Assembly (NCBI GenBank): GCA_022821065.1
Contig: JAJEEK010000079.1
Coordinates: 12,839-76,838, forward strand
Source of the DNA: Candidatus Poribacteria bacterium
Lineage (GTDB): Bacteria; Poribacteria; WGA-4E; WGA-3G
Length of the DNA: 64,000 nt
Direction of reading: 5' to 3'
Below the pieces are notes generated by a model. The model made no database searches and was not told where the DNA came from. It worked only from the letters and a program-made list of their open reading frames with translations. The translations under genes were made by a program, and so were the position numbers. Shown piece after piece: positions 18,185-27,016 of the stretch; within the stretch, counting starts at the first letter, position 1, and the number at the start of each line of letters is the position of its first letter.

Positions 18185-19123
18185 ATGGAGGCAGAAGTGG
18201 CAAGAAAAAAAATCAGCGTTATCGGTGCGGGGAATGTCGGCGCAACAGCGGCGTTTCTGATCGCACAAAAACAACTCGGGGATGTGATCATGATAGATAT
18301 CGTGGACGGTGTTCCCCAAGGTAAAGCATTGGACATGGCACAAATGGGTCCCGTAGAACTCTTTGATGCCGCAATTGACGGAGACCTCGATTATAGCGCG
18401 ACCGCAGGCTCCGACTTGGTAATTATTACATCAGGTTCCCCACGCAAACCGGGGATGACGCGCGAAGACCTGTTGCAAACGAACGCCAATATCGTCGGCA
18501 GCGTCACAGAAAATGTCGTGAAGCATTCACCAGATACGATTATTATGATGCTCACCAACCCGTTAGACATCATGACCTATCACGCGTGGAAGGTCTCAGG
18601 GTTCCCGTCACACCGCGTTGTCGGACAGGCAGGCGTGCTGGATTCCGCACGGTTCCGCTATTTCATCTCCCTCGAACTCGGTGTATCCGTAGAAGACATC
18701 CAGGCACTCGTCCTCGGCGGACACGGCGACACGATGGTACCGCTTCCACGTTATACAACTGTCAACGGGATCCCGATCCCGCAGTTGATACCCGAAGACC
18801 GTATCGAAGCGATGGCACAACGGACTCGCGACGGTGGTGCTGAAATCGTCAATCTCCTGAAAACCAGTGGATACTATGCCGCCGGTGCCTCGTTGGCACA
18901 GATGGCAGAGGCTATTATTCTGGACAAGAAACGGTTGCTCCCATGCTCCGCACACCTCACCGGACAATACGGTATTAATGATCTTTATATTGGCGTTCCA
19001 ATCAAACTCGGTGGAAACGGTATTGAAGAGATTATTGAAATTGAACTGACTGACGACGAACTCGGTTCCTTACAGCACTCCGCCGCAACCTATCGCGAAG
19101 GGATTGCATTGTTGGGATACTAA
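18185..19123 (+). CDS. mdh: malate dehydrogenase (LDH-like MDH family)
   Basis: KISVIGAGNVGATAAFL Rossmann motif, LVIITSG.PRKPGMTR.DLL and GGHGDTMVP. The start is either the ATG at 18185 or the GTG at 18197, which follows GGAGG. Confidence 0.8.
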   Translation: MEAEVARKKISVIGAGNVGATAAFLIAQKQLGDVIMIDIVDGVPQGKALDMAQMGPVELFDAAIDGDLDYSATAGSDLVIITSGSPRKPGMTREDLLQTNANIVGSVTENVVKHSPDTIIMMLTNPLDIMTYHAWKVSGFPSHRVVGQAGVLDSARFRYFISLELGVSVEDIQALVLGGHGDTMVPLPRYTTVNGIPIPQLIPEDRIEAMAQRTRDGGAEIVNLLKTSGYYAAGASLAQMAEAIILDKKRLLPCSAHLTGQYGINDLYIGVPIKLGGNGIEEIIEIELTDDELGSLQHSAATYREGIALLGY

Positions 19124-19442
19124 GCAATTCTACTGTTTTGAGCGTGCGTTCAACTTAAACATTTCGTCCGAGCTTGTAGCGTAAACTTTCAGTTTGCGCT
19201 ATGAGCGTTTTTAGGATTCCGAGACATGATGGAAGGCAGAAAGATTATAAAAAACGAAGAGCATACCGAATGCGAAATAGTGATCGAATGAACCAAAGAG
19301 CAGCCCCAGCGGGGGTTTTTGCTTAAGAAACGCCCCAGCAAAAACGGTGTTTCTTCAATATGTGCATCGCACCTAAAATTGTCCAAACTTTAGTAAAGTT
19401 ACGACGTTTTATCAAGCTCCTATCCAAATCTATGTTTCCACC

Positions 19443-20048
19443 CTATGCTTTTTGTGCGACCATACTGGAAAGGATGCCGAGGATTTTGTCGCATTGCGCG
19501 ATCTGGTAGGTTGCTATATCAACATGCAAACATTTTTCCGCTAACTTGAGGAACTGCCACTCTACGCCTGTTGTGGAGGCACCATAAACGTGAGGAATGT
19601 CATTCCCTTCTTCCGCATTAAAACGTTGGGCGGCAAGCATTTCTGCGACACACTGCCCCAGCCCAAGTTTCAAGTCAAGATTCTTTGCCTCAACAAGTGT
19701 AATAATAGGAGCTTCTACGTAGGATTGCCGAGGTGACAGGCTCACCAGAAAATCACACACACCCGTTAATCCGCTTTCAGCATCAACGTTGAAGTCAATC
19801 CCAGAAAACAGACTAATTTTACGATCGAACTGCTCACGCAGCTCAACGAGAACAGGAGAGACAATCATCTCCGATCGGGCTTTTTCAGTGTTTATAGTGG
19901 TGGCTAAAGGTACATTTCTCGCCAATGCCTTTGTGAGTTCCGCACTAAGTTCGACGGGTTCTATGTCGGCAAAGATGCCGGCGTGTTCAAGGAATTCAAG
20001 TTCAAATTCCTTTTCCACTGTTTGTAGTGTAAAGTTGCTATATGCCAT
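19443..20048 (-). CDS. HsdR-N-terminal-like PD-(D/E)xK nuclease-fold protein (tandem paralog 1)
   Basis: TEKARSEMIVSPVLVEL, CDFLVSL and LVEAKNLDLK match the HSDR_N pattern (E...I.PlL / D...EAK). About 70% identity to the neighbouring gene. Confidence 0.45.
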   Translation of the reverse strand: MAYSNFTLQTVEKEFELEFLEHAGIFADIEPVELSAELTKALARNVPLATTINTEKARSEMIVSPVLVELREQFDRKISLFSGIDFNVDAESGLTGVCDFLVSLSPRQSYVEAPIITLVEAKNLDLKLGLGQCVAEMLAAQRFNAEEGNDIPHVYGASTTGVEWQFLKLAEKCLHVDIATYQIAQCDKILGILSSMVAQKA

Positions 20049-20063
20049 TTGAGCCCCCGCGCT

Positions 20064-20669
20064 TTACGCCTTTTGTGCGACCATACTTGAAAGGATACCG
20101 AGGATCCTGTCGCACCTTTCAAGTGTGTAACTTGTCATATCAATGTGCAGGTGCTTTTCTTCTAATTTAAGAAACACCCAATCTATTCCTGTTGTAGAGG
20201 CACCATAAATGTAAGGAATATCATTCCCTTTTTCGGTATTAAAGCGTTGTGCGGCGAGCATCTCTGCGACACACTGTCCAAGCCCCAATTTCACATCCGT
20301 ATTTTTTGCTTCAACAAGAATAATGATAGGTGCCTCTAAATAAAATTGGTTTGGCGACAGGCTCAATAAAAAATCGCATACCCCCATCAAACCGTTTTCA
20401 ACATCAACGCTGAGCTCAATTCCAGAAAATAAGCTGATGCGGTGATCCGAGTGTTCAAGGAGGTCAACGAGCACATCGGCAACGATCATTTCTGATCGTG
20501 CTTTCTCTGTACCGATAGCCGTGGCCAATGGTGCCTTCTTCGCTAGCCCCGTCGTGAGATACTCACTCGGGGACACTGGTTCTATTTCGGAAAAGAGCCC
20601 AGGGGTGTCAATCTTTTCAAGTTGAAATGCTGGCACGACTGTTTCTAAAGTCCAATTGCTATAATCCAT
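20064..20669 (-). CDS. HsdR-N-terminal-like PD-(D/E)xK nuclease-fold protein (tandem paralog 2)
   Basis: Same motifs (CDFLLSL...LVEAKNTDVK). A 15-nt gap separates it from its paralog, and the nucleotide identity is clear at the 3' ends. Confidence 0.45.
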   Translation of the reverse strand: MDYSNWTLETVVPAFQLEKIDTPGLFSEIEPVSPSEYLTTGLAKKAPLATAIGTEKARSEMIVADVLVDLLEHSDHRISLFSGIELSVDVENGLMGVCDFLLSLSPNQFYLEAPIIILVEAKNTDVKLGLGQCVAEMLAAQRFNTEKGNDIPYIYGASTTGIDWVFLKLEEKHLHIDMTSYTLERCDRILGILSSMVAQKA

Positions 20670-20972
20670 TTACTGAACCTCCCATGGACGTTTGCTTTGA
20701 ACTCACGTTAATAGAAATTTAAGCCAACACGAAAAGCAACATCGGATCTCTCAAAAGATAAGGGTTTTCGTGTAAATATTGCTTAACATAATCATAACAC
20801 AGTTTGCGTCAAACTTCAAATCGTTTTTTGCGCGCCCCCATCCAAAACCTAAGGATTGATTTTTGGTGTGAAGATTCGATAAATTTCATAGTAAACGCCA
20901 AAAGAACCTTTCAGGAAAAATGACGCAAAAGTTAGTCCTAATCAAGGTCTCCCGCCATTTTCCAAATACACG

Positions 20973-20994
20973 AATTTCATAGTACTATGAAATT
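20973..20994. promoter_or_regulatory. perfect 22-bp palindrome AATTTCATAGTACTATGAAATT, a putative operator
   Basis: A perfect inverted repeat in the 490-bp intergenic region upstream of the alcohol dehydrogenase gene. A half-site AATTTCATAGTA recurs at 20882-20893. Confidence 0.4.
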
Positions 20995-21158
20995 TGGCGA
21001 TCTCCAATTCACCCGAAATTAAAGAGTTCCTCAGGGATGCTGCGCTTCTCCTTGACTTTCACGGCAAAATCAGGTATTCTATTATAGGATTCATACAGTT
21101 GGTACGTCTTGAAAGAGACCGCGACGCGAAATCTTGACTAACAAAGAAACAGGCTTCA

Positions 21159-22280
21159 ATGGAAACTTTTGATTGCGAATTGAAACAACAGATCATCTAC
21201 GGTGACAACAGCATTGAACGACTCGGTGAGTTGGCGCGTACACTCGGTGGCAGTCGGGTTCTTATCACAACAGACCGTGGCATCGAAAAGGCTGGTATTC
21301 TCGCGAGAGCCGTTTCAGCGTTGCAAGGTGAACGGATCGCCGTTTACGTTTTTGCGGATGTCCAGTCGAACCCGACCACAGCGGATGTCGAAGCCGCCGT
21401 TACCGTCGCAAAGACCAACGCACCGATAGACCTTATCATCGGACTCGGCGGTGGCAGCTCGATGGACTGCGCAAAAGGCGTAAACTTCCTGCTCACAAAC
21501 GGCGGCAAAATGGAGGACTATTGGGGCACTAACAAAGCGAGCGAACTGATGCTGCCCTCTATCGGTGTTCCAACAACGATCGGCACCGGCAGCGAGGCAC
21601 AGTCCTACGCACTCATCTCACAGTCGGATACGCATATCAAAATGGCGTGTGGTGATAAAAAGGCACGATTCGGGACCGTGATTTTGGACGCAACGCTTAC
21701 CAAAACCTTGCCGAGAACGATCGCAGCAATCACCGCAATTGATGCCGTCGCACATGCTGTTGAGAGTTACGTCTCAAATAGAAGCAACCCCATGTCTCGC
21801 ATGTTCGCGCGGCAAGCATGGGAGTTACTGAACGCGCATTTTGAGGCGTGCCTTGAAGATAAAACAACCGAAGTCAGAAGCAAAATGCTGTTCGGCGCGT
21901 ACCTCGCCGGACTTGCAATCGAGAACTCGATGCTCGGTGCCGCACACGCTTGCGCGAACCCACTGACAGCAAGATACGGTCTCACCCACGGCGTTGCCGT
22001 CGCATTGATGCTCCCTCACGTCATCCGATTCAATAGCCCTGTCACAGCGGAAGCCTATCACGAATTGTACCCGAATGGAGATTTAGCAGACAGAATCACC
22101 AAACTAAAACAGGTCGGCAATCTACCGAACAGACTCCGGGATTACCCTGTCCAACATACTATAGGAACAACTGAATTGCTAACAGCAGCAAAGGAGGCAG
22201 CAACGCAATGGACAGCGCAATTCAATCCGCGTCCTTTGAATATTAGCGATTTCGCCAAGTTATATGAACAAGTCTACTAA
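21159..22280 (+). CDS. iron-containing (group III) alcohol dehydrogenase
   Basis: GGGSSMDCAKG glycine-rich motif, conserved His cluster (AVAHAVESY...HGVAVA) and a length of 373 aa. Confidence 0.7.
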   Translation: METFDCELKQQIIYGDNSIERLGELARTLGGSRVLITTDRGIEKAGILARAVSALQGERIAVYVFADVQSNPTTADVEAAVTVAKTNAPIDLIIGLGGGSSMDCAKGVNFLLTNGGKMEDYWGTNKASELMLPSIGVPTTIGTGSEAQSYALISQSDTHIKMACGDKKARFGTVILDATLTKTLPRTIAAITAIDAVAHAVESYVSNRSNPMSRMFARQAWELLNAHFEACLEDKTTEVRSKMLFGAYLAGLAIENSMLGAAHACANPLTARYGLTHGVAVALMLPHVIRFNSPVTAEAYHELYPNGDLADRITKLKQVGNLPNRLRDYPVQHTIGTTELLTAAKEAATQWTAQFNPRPLNISDFAKLYEQVY

Positions 22281-22308
22281 TATACCAGCATTCAACGGCA
22301 CGTTTCAG

Positions 22309-23469
22309 ATGAAAACTCGACAACGGTGTGCCTATCTGCACAGCAGCACAAAAGGCTTTATTATATTCGTCCTATTACTCTGTGCAGTGCCAGCTACATT
22401 CGGAAACTGGACAAGTTTCCGTGGCAACCCTCAACTTACCGGTGTCGCAGATACCCAGCTACCGGATAACCCGCAATTGCTTTGGACTTTTCAGGCTGGA
22501 GATATAATCGAGTCCACTGCCGCAGTCGTTGATGGCACGCTCTATGTCGGCGCATTGGACGGAGTCCTTTACGCAATTGACGCACAAACCGGTGAAAAAC
22601 GGTGGACCTATCAGGCAAACACGCATATTAAAGCGTCACCTGCTATCCACGATGGTGTCGTCTATTTCGGTGATGGCGATGGTGTCTTTCATGCAGTAGA
22701 CACCAGCACGCACCAGATGAAATGGCAGTTTCAGACGGAAGGCGAAATCATATCGTCAGCAAATATCGTTGGTGATCGTGTTCTGTTCGGATCCTACGAT
22801 GGATTCCTCTACTGTCTTAATCGTGAGAACGGAGAACGCCTCTGGAAACTTGAGACTGAAGGGTATGTTCACGGCACCCCGGGAGTCTGGACGCAAACCG
22901 TAGGTGAATCCAATACTGCCGCAAACTATGCGATTCTCACCGGATGCGACAGTTATCTCCGCGTCGTCAATATAGATGACGGTACACAGACGCAGCAGGT
23001 CGACCTCGGTGCCTATGTTGGCGCGAGTCCAGCGATTTCCCAAAATCGTGTCTATTGTGGGACGTACGGTACCGAAATATTGGCAGTCGCTTTAGACACC
23101 GGGGAAATATCGTGGCGGTATCGACATCCGAAACGGCAATTTCCGTTCTTCGCCTCCGCAGCGATCACCGAAAACAGCCTCATCATCGGCGGCCGCGATA
23201 AAATGGTTCACGCACTCTCACTTGATACCGGTGAGCCTATATGGACTTACACCGCTAAGTCCAGCATTGAGTCTTCCGCTGTGATCGCTGGTCCCCGTGT
23301 TTTTGTTGGGACAACGCGCGGGTTATTTATCGCTTTGGATATTACGACAGGTGAATCGGTATGGGAATTTCCGACAGGTGCCTCTATCGCTGCATCACCC
23401 AGCGTTTCGGATGGTAGAATTTATATCGGGACTGAGGACGGGATCCTCTACTGCTTTGGAGAAAAATAG
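22309..23469 (+). CDS. PQQ-repeat beta-propeller protein (BamB-like)
   Basis: Repeated G.LY..A.DG.LYA.D..TG...W motifs. The ATG at 22309 gives MKTRQR plus a hydrophobic signal peptide. The track ORF begins earlier, at 22264. Confidence 0.6.
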   Translation: MKTRQRCAYLHSSTKGFIIFVLLLCAVPATFGNWTSFRGNPQLTGVADTQLPDNPQLLWTFQAGDIIESTAAVVDGTLYVGALDGVLYAIDAQTGEKRWTYQANTHIKASPAIHDGVVYFGDGDGVFHAVDTSTHQMKWQFQTEGEIISSANIVGDRVLFGSYDGFLYCLNRENGERLWKLETEGYVHGTPGVWTQTVGESNTAANYAILTGCDSYLRVVNIDDGTQTQQVDLGAYVGASPAISQNRVYCGTYGTEILAVALDTGEISWRYRHPKRQFPFFASAAITENSLIIGGRDKMVHALSLDTGEPIWTYTAKSSIESSAVIAGPRVFVGTTRGLFIALDITTGESVWEFPTGASIAASPSVSDGRIYIGTEDGILYCFGEK

Positions 23470-23472
23470 ATT

Positions 23473-24843
23473 ATGTCTAAAACACAGTTAAACACGGATT
23501 CACAAGCAACGCCTTTAGCAGAACCTGCGACAGCAGGCATAGATTCAAAGGACACAACCGTAGGGAGCGTTTTCGTCTCCAACTACCCACCGTATTCGAC
23601 ATGGGGTGAATCCGATGTACCAGAGGTCCATCAAGCACTCGACGCACCACCACGCCCAGATGCTACACTCGGGCTTTACCTCCACATCCCGTTCTGTCGC
23701 AAGCGGTGTAAGTTCTGCTATTTCCGCGTCTATACCGATAAAAACAGCTCGGAAATTGATACGTACCTCAACGCGCTCGCCAAAGAGGTGGAGCTTTACA
23801 GTGCAAAACCCGCAATCGCAGGTCGTCCGCTAAGATTCGTCTATTTCGGTGGTGGCACGCCGTCCTATATCAGCGTCAAACACTTGACGACGCTCGTTGA
23901 TAGAGTGAAACAGGTCATGCCGTGGGATGCCGCTGAAGAGATCGCTTTTGAGTGTGAACCCGGCACCTTGACAGAAAAGAAACTTGATGCCATCAAAGCG
24001 ATCGGTGTAACCCGCTTGAGTCTCGGCGTTGAGAACCTGAATGACGAAATCCTCGCTGAAAACGGCAGAGCGCATCTCTCTAAAGAGGTCTATCGTATTG
24101 ACCCGTGGATTAAGAGGTTAGCGTTTGATCAGGTGAATATTGATCTCATTTCAGGCATGATAGGTGAGACATGGGAAAGTTGGCGCGAGACCGTCAAGAA
24201 AACGATTGAACTCGATCCGGACAGCGTTACCGTCTATCAGTTGGAGCTGCCTTTCAACACCGTCTACTCCAAGGACATCCTCGGTGGTGATGCATTGCCG
24301 GTGGCAGACTGGAAACTCAAACGTGAGTGGCATCAATACGCCTTTGAACAGTTCGCAGAAGCCGGTTATACACAATCCAGCGCGTACACTGTGCTGAAAA
24401 AAGATAAAAATTGTCAATTCGTCTATCGCGATGCCGTCTGGCAAGGGAGCGACATGATCGGCACAGGGGTCGCTTCTTTCTCGCATCTCAGCGGGATCCA
24501 TTTTCAGAACGCCCCGTCGTGGGGTGACTACCTTGGTGCCCTTGAAGAAGATAAGCTTCCGGTTTACCGAGCATTGAAACCGACGGTATCGGAACGACTG
24601 ACACGGGAGATGATACTACAACTTAAACTCGGCAAAATTAGACCGTCCTATTTCAAAGCGAAGTTCAACACAGACATCCTTGAGATTTTTGCCGAACCTT
24701 ACGAAAAACTGCAAAACGACGGTATGCTGCGCGTCAATGCCGAATCAGACGAGATCCAACTCACACAGCGCGGACTGCTACAAGTCGATAGTCTGCTACC
24801 GGCGTTCTATGCACCTGAATACCAGAACACACGATACACCTAA
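23473..24843 (+). CDS. hemN: oxygen-independent coproporphyrinogen-III oxidase-like radical SAM protein (HemN family)
   Basis: SNYPPYS...LGLYLHIPFCRKRCKFCYF is very close to the HemN N-terminus, including the YP motif and the CxxxCxxC cluster. At 456 aa the length matches HemN. Confidence 0.6.
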   Translation: MSKTQLNTDSQATPLAEPATAGIDSKDTTVGSVFVSNYPPYSTWGESDVPEVHQALDAPPRPDATLGLYLHIPFCRKRCKFCYFRVYTDKNSSEIDTYLNALAKEVELYSAKPAIAGRPLRFVYFGGGTPSYISVKHLTTLVDRVKQVMPWDAAEEIAFECEPGTLTEKKLDAIKAIGVTRLSLGVENLNDEILAENGRAHLSKEVYRIDPWIKRLAFDQVNIDLISGMIGETWESWRETVKKTIELDPDSVTVYQLELPFNTVYSKDILGGDALPVADWKLKREWHQYAFEQFAEAGYTQSSAYTVLKKDKNCQFVYRDAVWQGSDMIGTGVASFSHLSGIHFQNAPSWGDYLGALEEDKLPVYRALKPTVSERLTREMILQLKLGKIRPSYFKAKFNTDILEIFAEPYEKLQNDGMLRVNAESDEIQLTQRGLLQVDSLLPAFYAPEYQNTRYT

Positions 24844-24846
24844 TAC

Positions 24847-26097
24847 ATGGAAATACAAACACAATTACACCGCTTCCGTGAGATACTCGCGCCGGTATTA
24901 GAGGCAAACGCTTTCTATCGACAAAAACTCACCGAAGCAGGAGTCACACACGCAAACGACGTACAAACGCTCGCCGATTATCAGCGGTTGCCGTTCACTA
25001 CAAAAGAGGAACTTAGCGCGGATCAGGTATCGCATCCGCCTTACGGCACAAACCTCACCTTTCCGTTGGCACAATATACTTGTCTCCACCGCACCTCTGG
25101 CACAACAGGTGCCCCGCTGCGCTGGTTAGACACAGCAGAATCGTGGGACTGGTGGGGCAAATGCTGGGGAGAAGTCTATCGGGGCGCAGGTGTGACTTCA
25201 GCAGATCGGTTGATGATCGCCTTCTCGTTCGGTCCGTTTATCGGTTTCTGGAGTGCCTATCACGGTGCACAGCAGCTCGGCGCACTCATCATCCCGAACG
25301 GCGGTATGACCTCGGAGCAGCGGATACGCACAATCCTCAGCAATGATATAACAGTGCTCATCGCCACGCCAACGTATGCCTTGCGTCTTGTTGAAGTTGC
25401 AGAACAAGATGGCATCAATCTGAGCGAAGCAGCTTCTGTTCGGGTAACCATCCACGCGGGCGAACCCGGTGCCAGTGTACCGGCGACAAAACATCGGATT
25501 GAAACCCGTTGGGGTGCCCGCGCCTACGACCACACCGGGGCAACGGAAGTCGGTGCGTGGGGATTCATGTGTGAACAGCAGGCTGGTATCCATCTCAACG
25601 AAGACGAGTTTATCTGTGAAATCCTCGACCCAGAAACCGATATCCCAGCAGACGAAGGCGAGTTGGTGATTACCAATTTCGGACGCGTCGGGATGCCGGT
25701 AATCCGTTATCGGACAGGGGACTATGTTAAATGCAAATCGGGACGGTGTGAATGTGGTCGCGAGGGGCGTGTCCTTGACGGCGGCGTTATCGGACGGTTA
25801 GACGACGCGCTTATCGTCCGCGGTCTTAATGTCTATCCCGCAACCCTCGAAAACATCATTCTTAAGTTCCCGGATGTCCAAGAGTTCGCCGGTCGCGCTT
25901 ACAGTACGCAAACACTTGACGAACTCGAAATCCAAATTGAATCCACGAGTTCAAACCCTGATGCAACTGCCACAGCCGTCGCAGCTGCCCTCCGAGACGA
26001 TTTAGGCTTGCGTGTCACCGTAAAAACCGTCCCCCTCGGTACGCTACCGCGGTATGAACTCAAATCAAGACGCTTCACCGATGAGCGGACTTCGTGA
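24847..26097 (+). CDS. phenylacetate-CoA ligase (PaaK) / coenzyme F390 synthetase-like adenylating enzyme
   Basis: TSGTTGAPLRW and GFWSAYHG motifs plus a C-terminal ACT-like region, typical of the PaaK/CapK family. It lies 4 nt downstream of hemN. Confidence 0.6.
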   Translation: MEIQTQLHRFREILAPVLEANAFYRQKLTEAGVTHANDVQTLADYQRLPFTTKEELSADQVSHPPYGTNLTFPLAQYTCLHRTSGTTGAPLRWLDTAESWDWWGKCWGEVYRGAGVTSADRLMIAFSFGPFIGFWSAYHGAQQLGALIIPNGGMTSEQRIRTILSNDITVLIATPTYALRLVEVAEQDGINLSEAASVRVTIHAGEPGASVPATKHRIETRWGARAYDHTGATEVGAWGFMCEQQAGIHLNEDEFICEILDPETDIPADEGELVITNFGRVGMPVIRYRTGDYVKCKSGRCECGREGRVLDGGVIGRLDDALIVRGLNVYPATLENIILKFPDVQEFAGRAYSTQTLDELEIQIESTSSNPDATATAVAAALRDDLGLRVTVKTVPLGTLPRYELKSRRFTDERTS

Positions 26098-26281
26098 AAA
26101 ATACATTCCGGTTCGTAGCCGCGCAATTCATTGTGCGTGCGTTTGTTCACCAATTTAGACTTACAGATTCCTTTAAATTGTGGTATAATAAAAGAAAAAT
26201 ATCATGAGGCTTTCAAAAACACGGGTTTCTAAAATTGAGAACCCGCCTGCTTGACATGTAAATCTTTGGAGACTATAATTA

Positions 26282-26770
26282 TTGCATAACGAAAGACAAC
26301 ATCGCGTCTACATTGAAACGACAATTCCGAGTTTCTACTACACATTACGCAGGGATCTTGAATCCCGCGCTATGCAAAGTTGGACCCGAAAATGGTGGGC
26401 TCAATACGCGGACCAATTTACCCTTGTTTCAAGTTTAGCTGTTATTGAAGAACTCAGTGACGGAAAAAGTGAAAAAACGCAAGATCGGATTGACTTAGTG
26501 GAAAATCTGGAGATGTTATCAATCTCTCCAAGGATTCGCAGCATTACACAAACCTATATTGATAGGTTGATAATGCCTAAAGATCCTTTTGGGGATGCAC
26601 TTCACTTGGCAATTGCCTCATTTTATGATGTAGATGCTCTTCTAACGTGGAATTATAAACATATTGCGAACCTTAACAAAATTTATCGCATTCGGCAGAT
26701 AAACCAAGAACTTGGTTTACCAACGCCGGAATTGGCGACACCCCTCAATTATTTAGGAGTTGACGACTAA
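26282..26770 (+). CDS. PIN-like nuclease-fold protein (putative toxin), paralog of 16039
   Basis: RVYIETTIPSFYY...HLAIASFYDVDALLTWNYKH. The TTG start gives the same N-terminal register as its paralog. Confidence 0.4.
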   Translation: MHNERQHRVYIETTIPSFYYTLRRDLESRAMQSWTRKWWAQYADQFTLVSSLAVIEELSDGKSEKTQDRIDLVENLEMLSISPRIRSITQTYIDRLIMPKDPFGDALHLAIASFYDVDALLTWNYKHIANLNKIYRIRQINQELGLPTPELATPLNYLGVDD

Positions 26771-26972
26771 AATGGCAGACTATGAAATTGATGAAATTCG
26801 CAGAATTAGACGGGAAATCTCCGAGCGATTTGATCATGATATCGACAAACTGATCGCTCACTATCAGGCGTTAGAAGAAGAATACCGGAAGTCTGGGAAA
26901 TACAAATTCGTGGATCCACCGGATGAGAAACCCAAAGCAGAAAAGTCGAAAGACGAAGAAGCAGCGGATTGA
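26760..26972 (+). CDS. small conserved partner protein of the PIN-like gene
   Basis: It overlaps the PIN-like gene by 11 nt. EIRRIRREISERFDHDIDKLIAHYQ is homologous to the 2239 and 16530 proteins. Confidence 0.4.
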   Translation: MTTKMADYEIDEIRRIRREISERFDHDIDKLIAHYQALEEEYRKSGKYKFVDPPDEKPKAEKSKDEEAAD

Positions 26973-27016
26973 TTAATGAATCTTCTGTATTCTAAACAAA
27001 TCCAAACGAAACTAAG

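Noticed and set aside
19296-19325. Possible weak terminator CCCCagcGGGGGTTTTTGCTT after mdh, and the similar GGGGTTTTTGCTTGGGG at about 14700
   Set aside because: The stems are only 4 bp. They are plausible but too weak to call as features, and are noted only as a shared GGGGTTTTTGCTT string.
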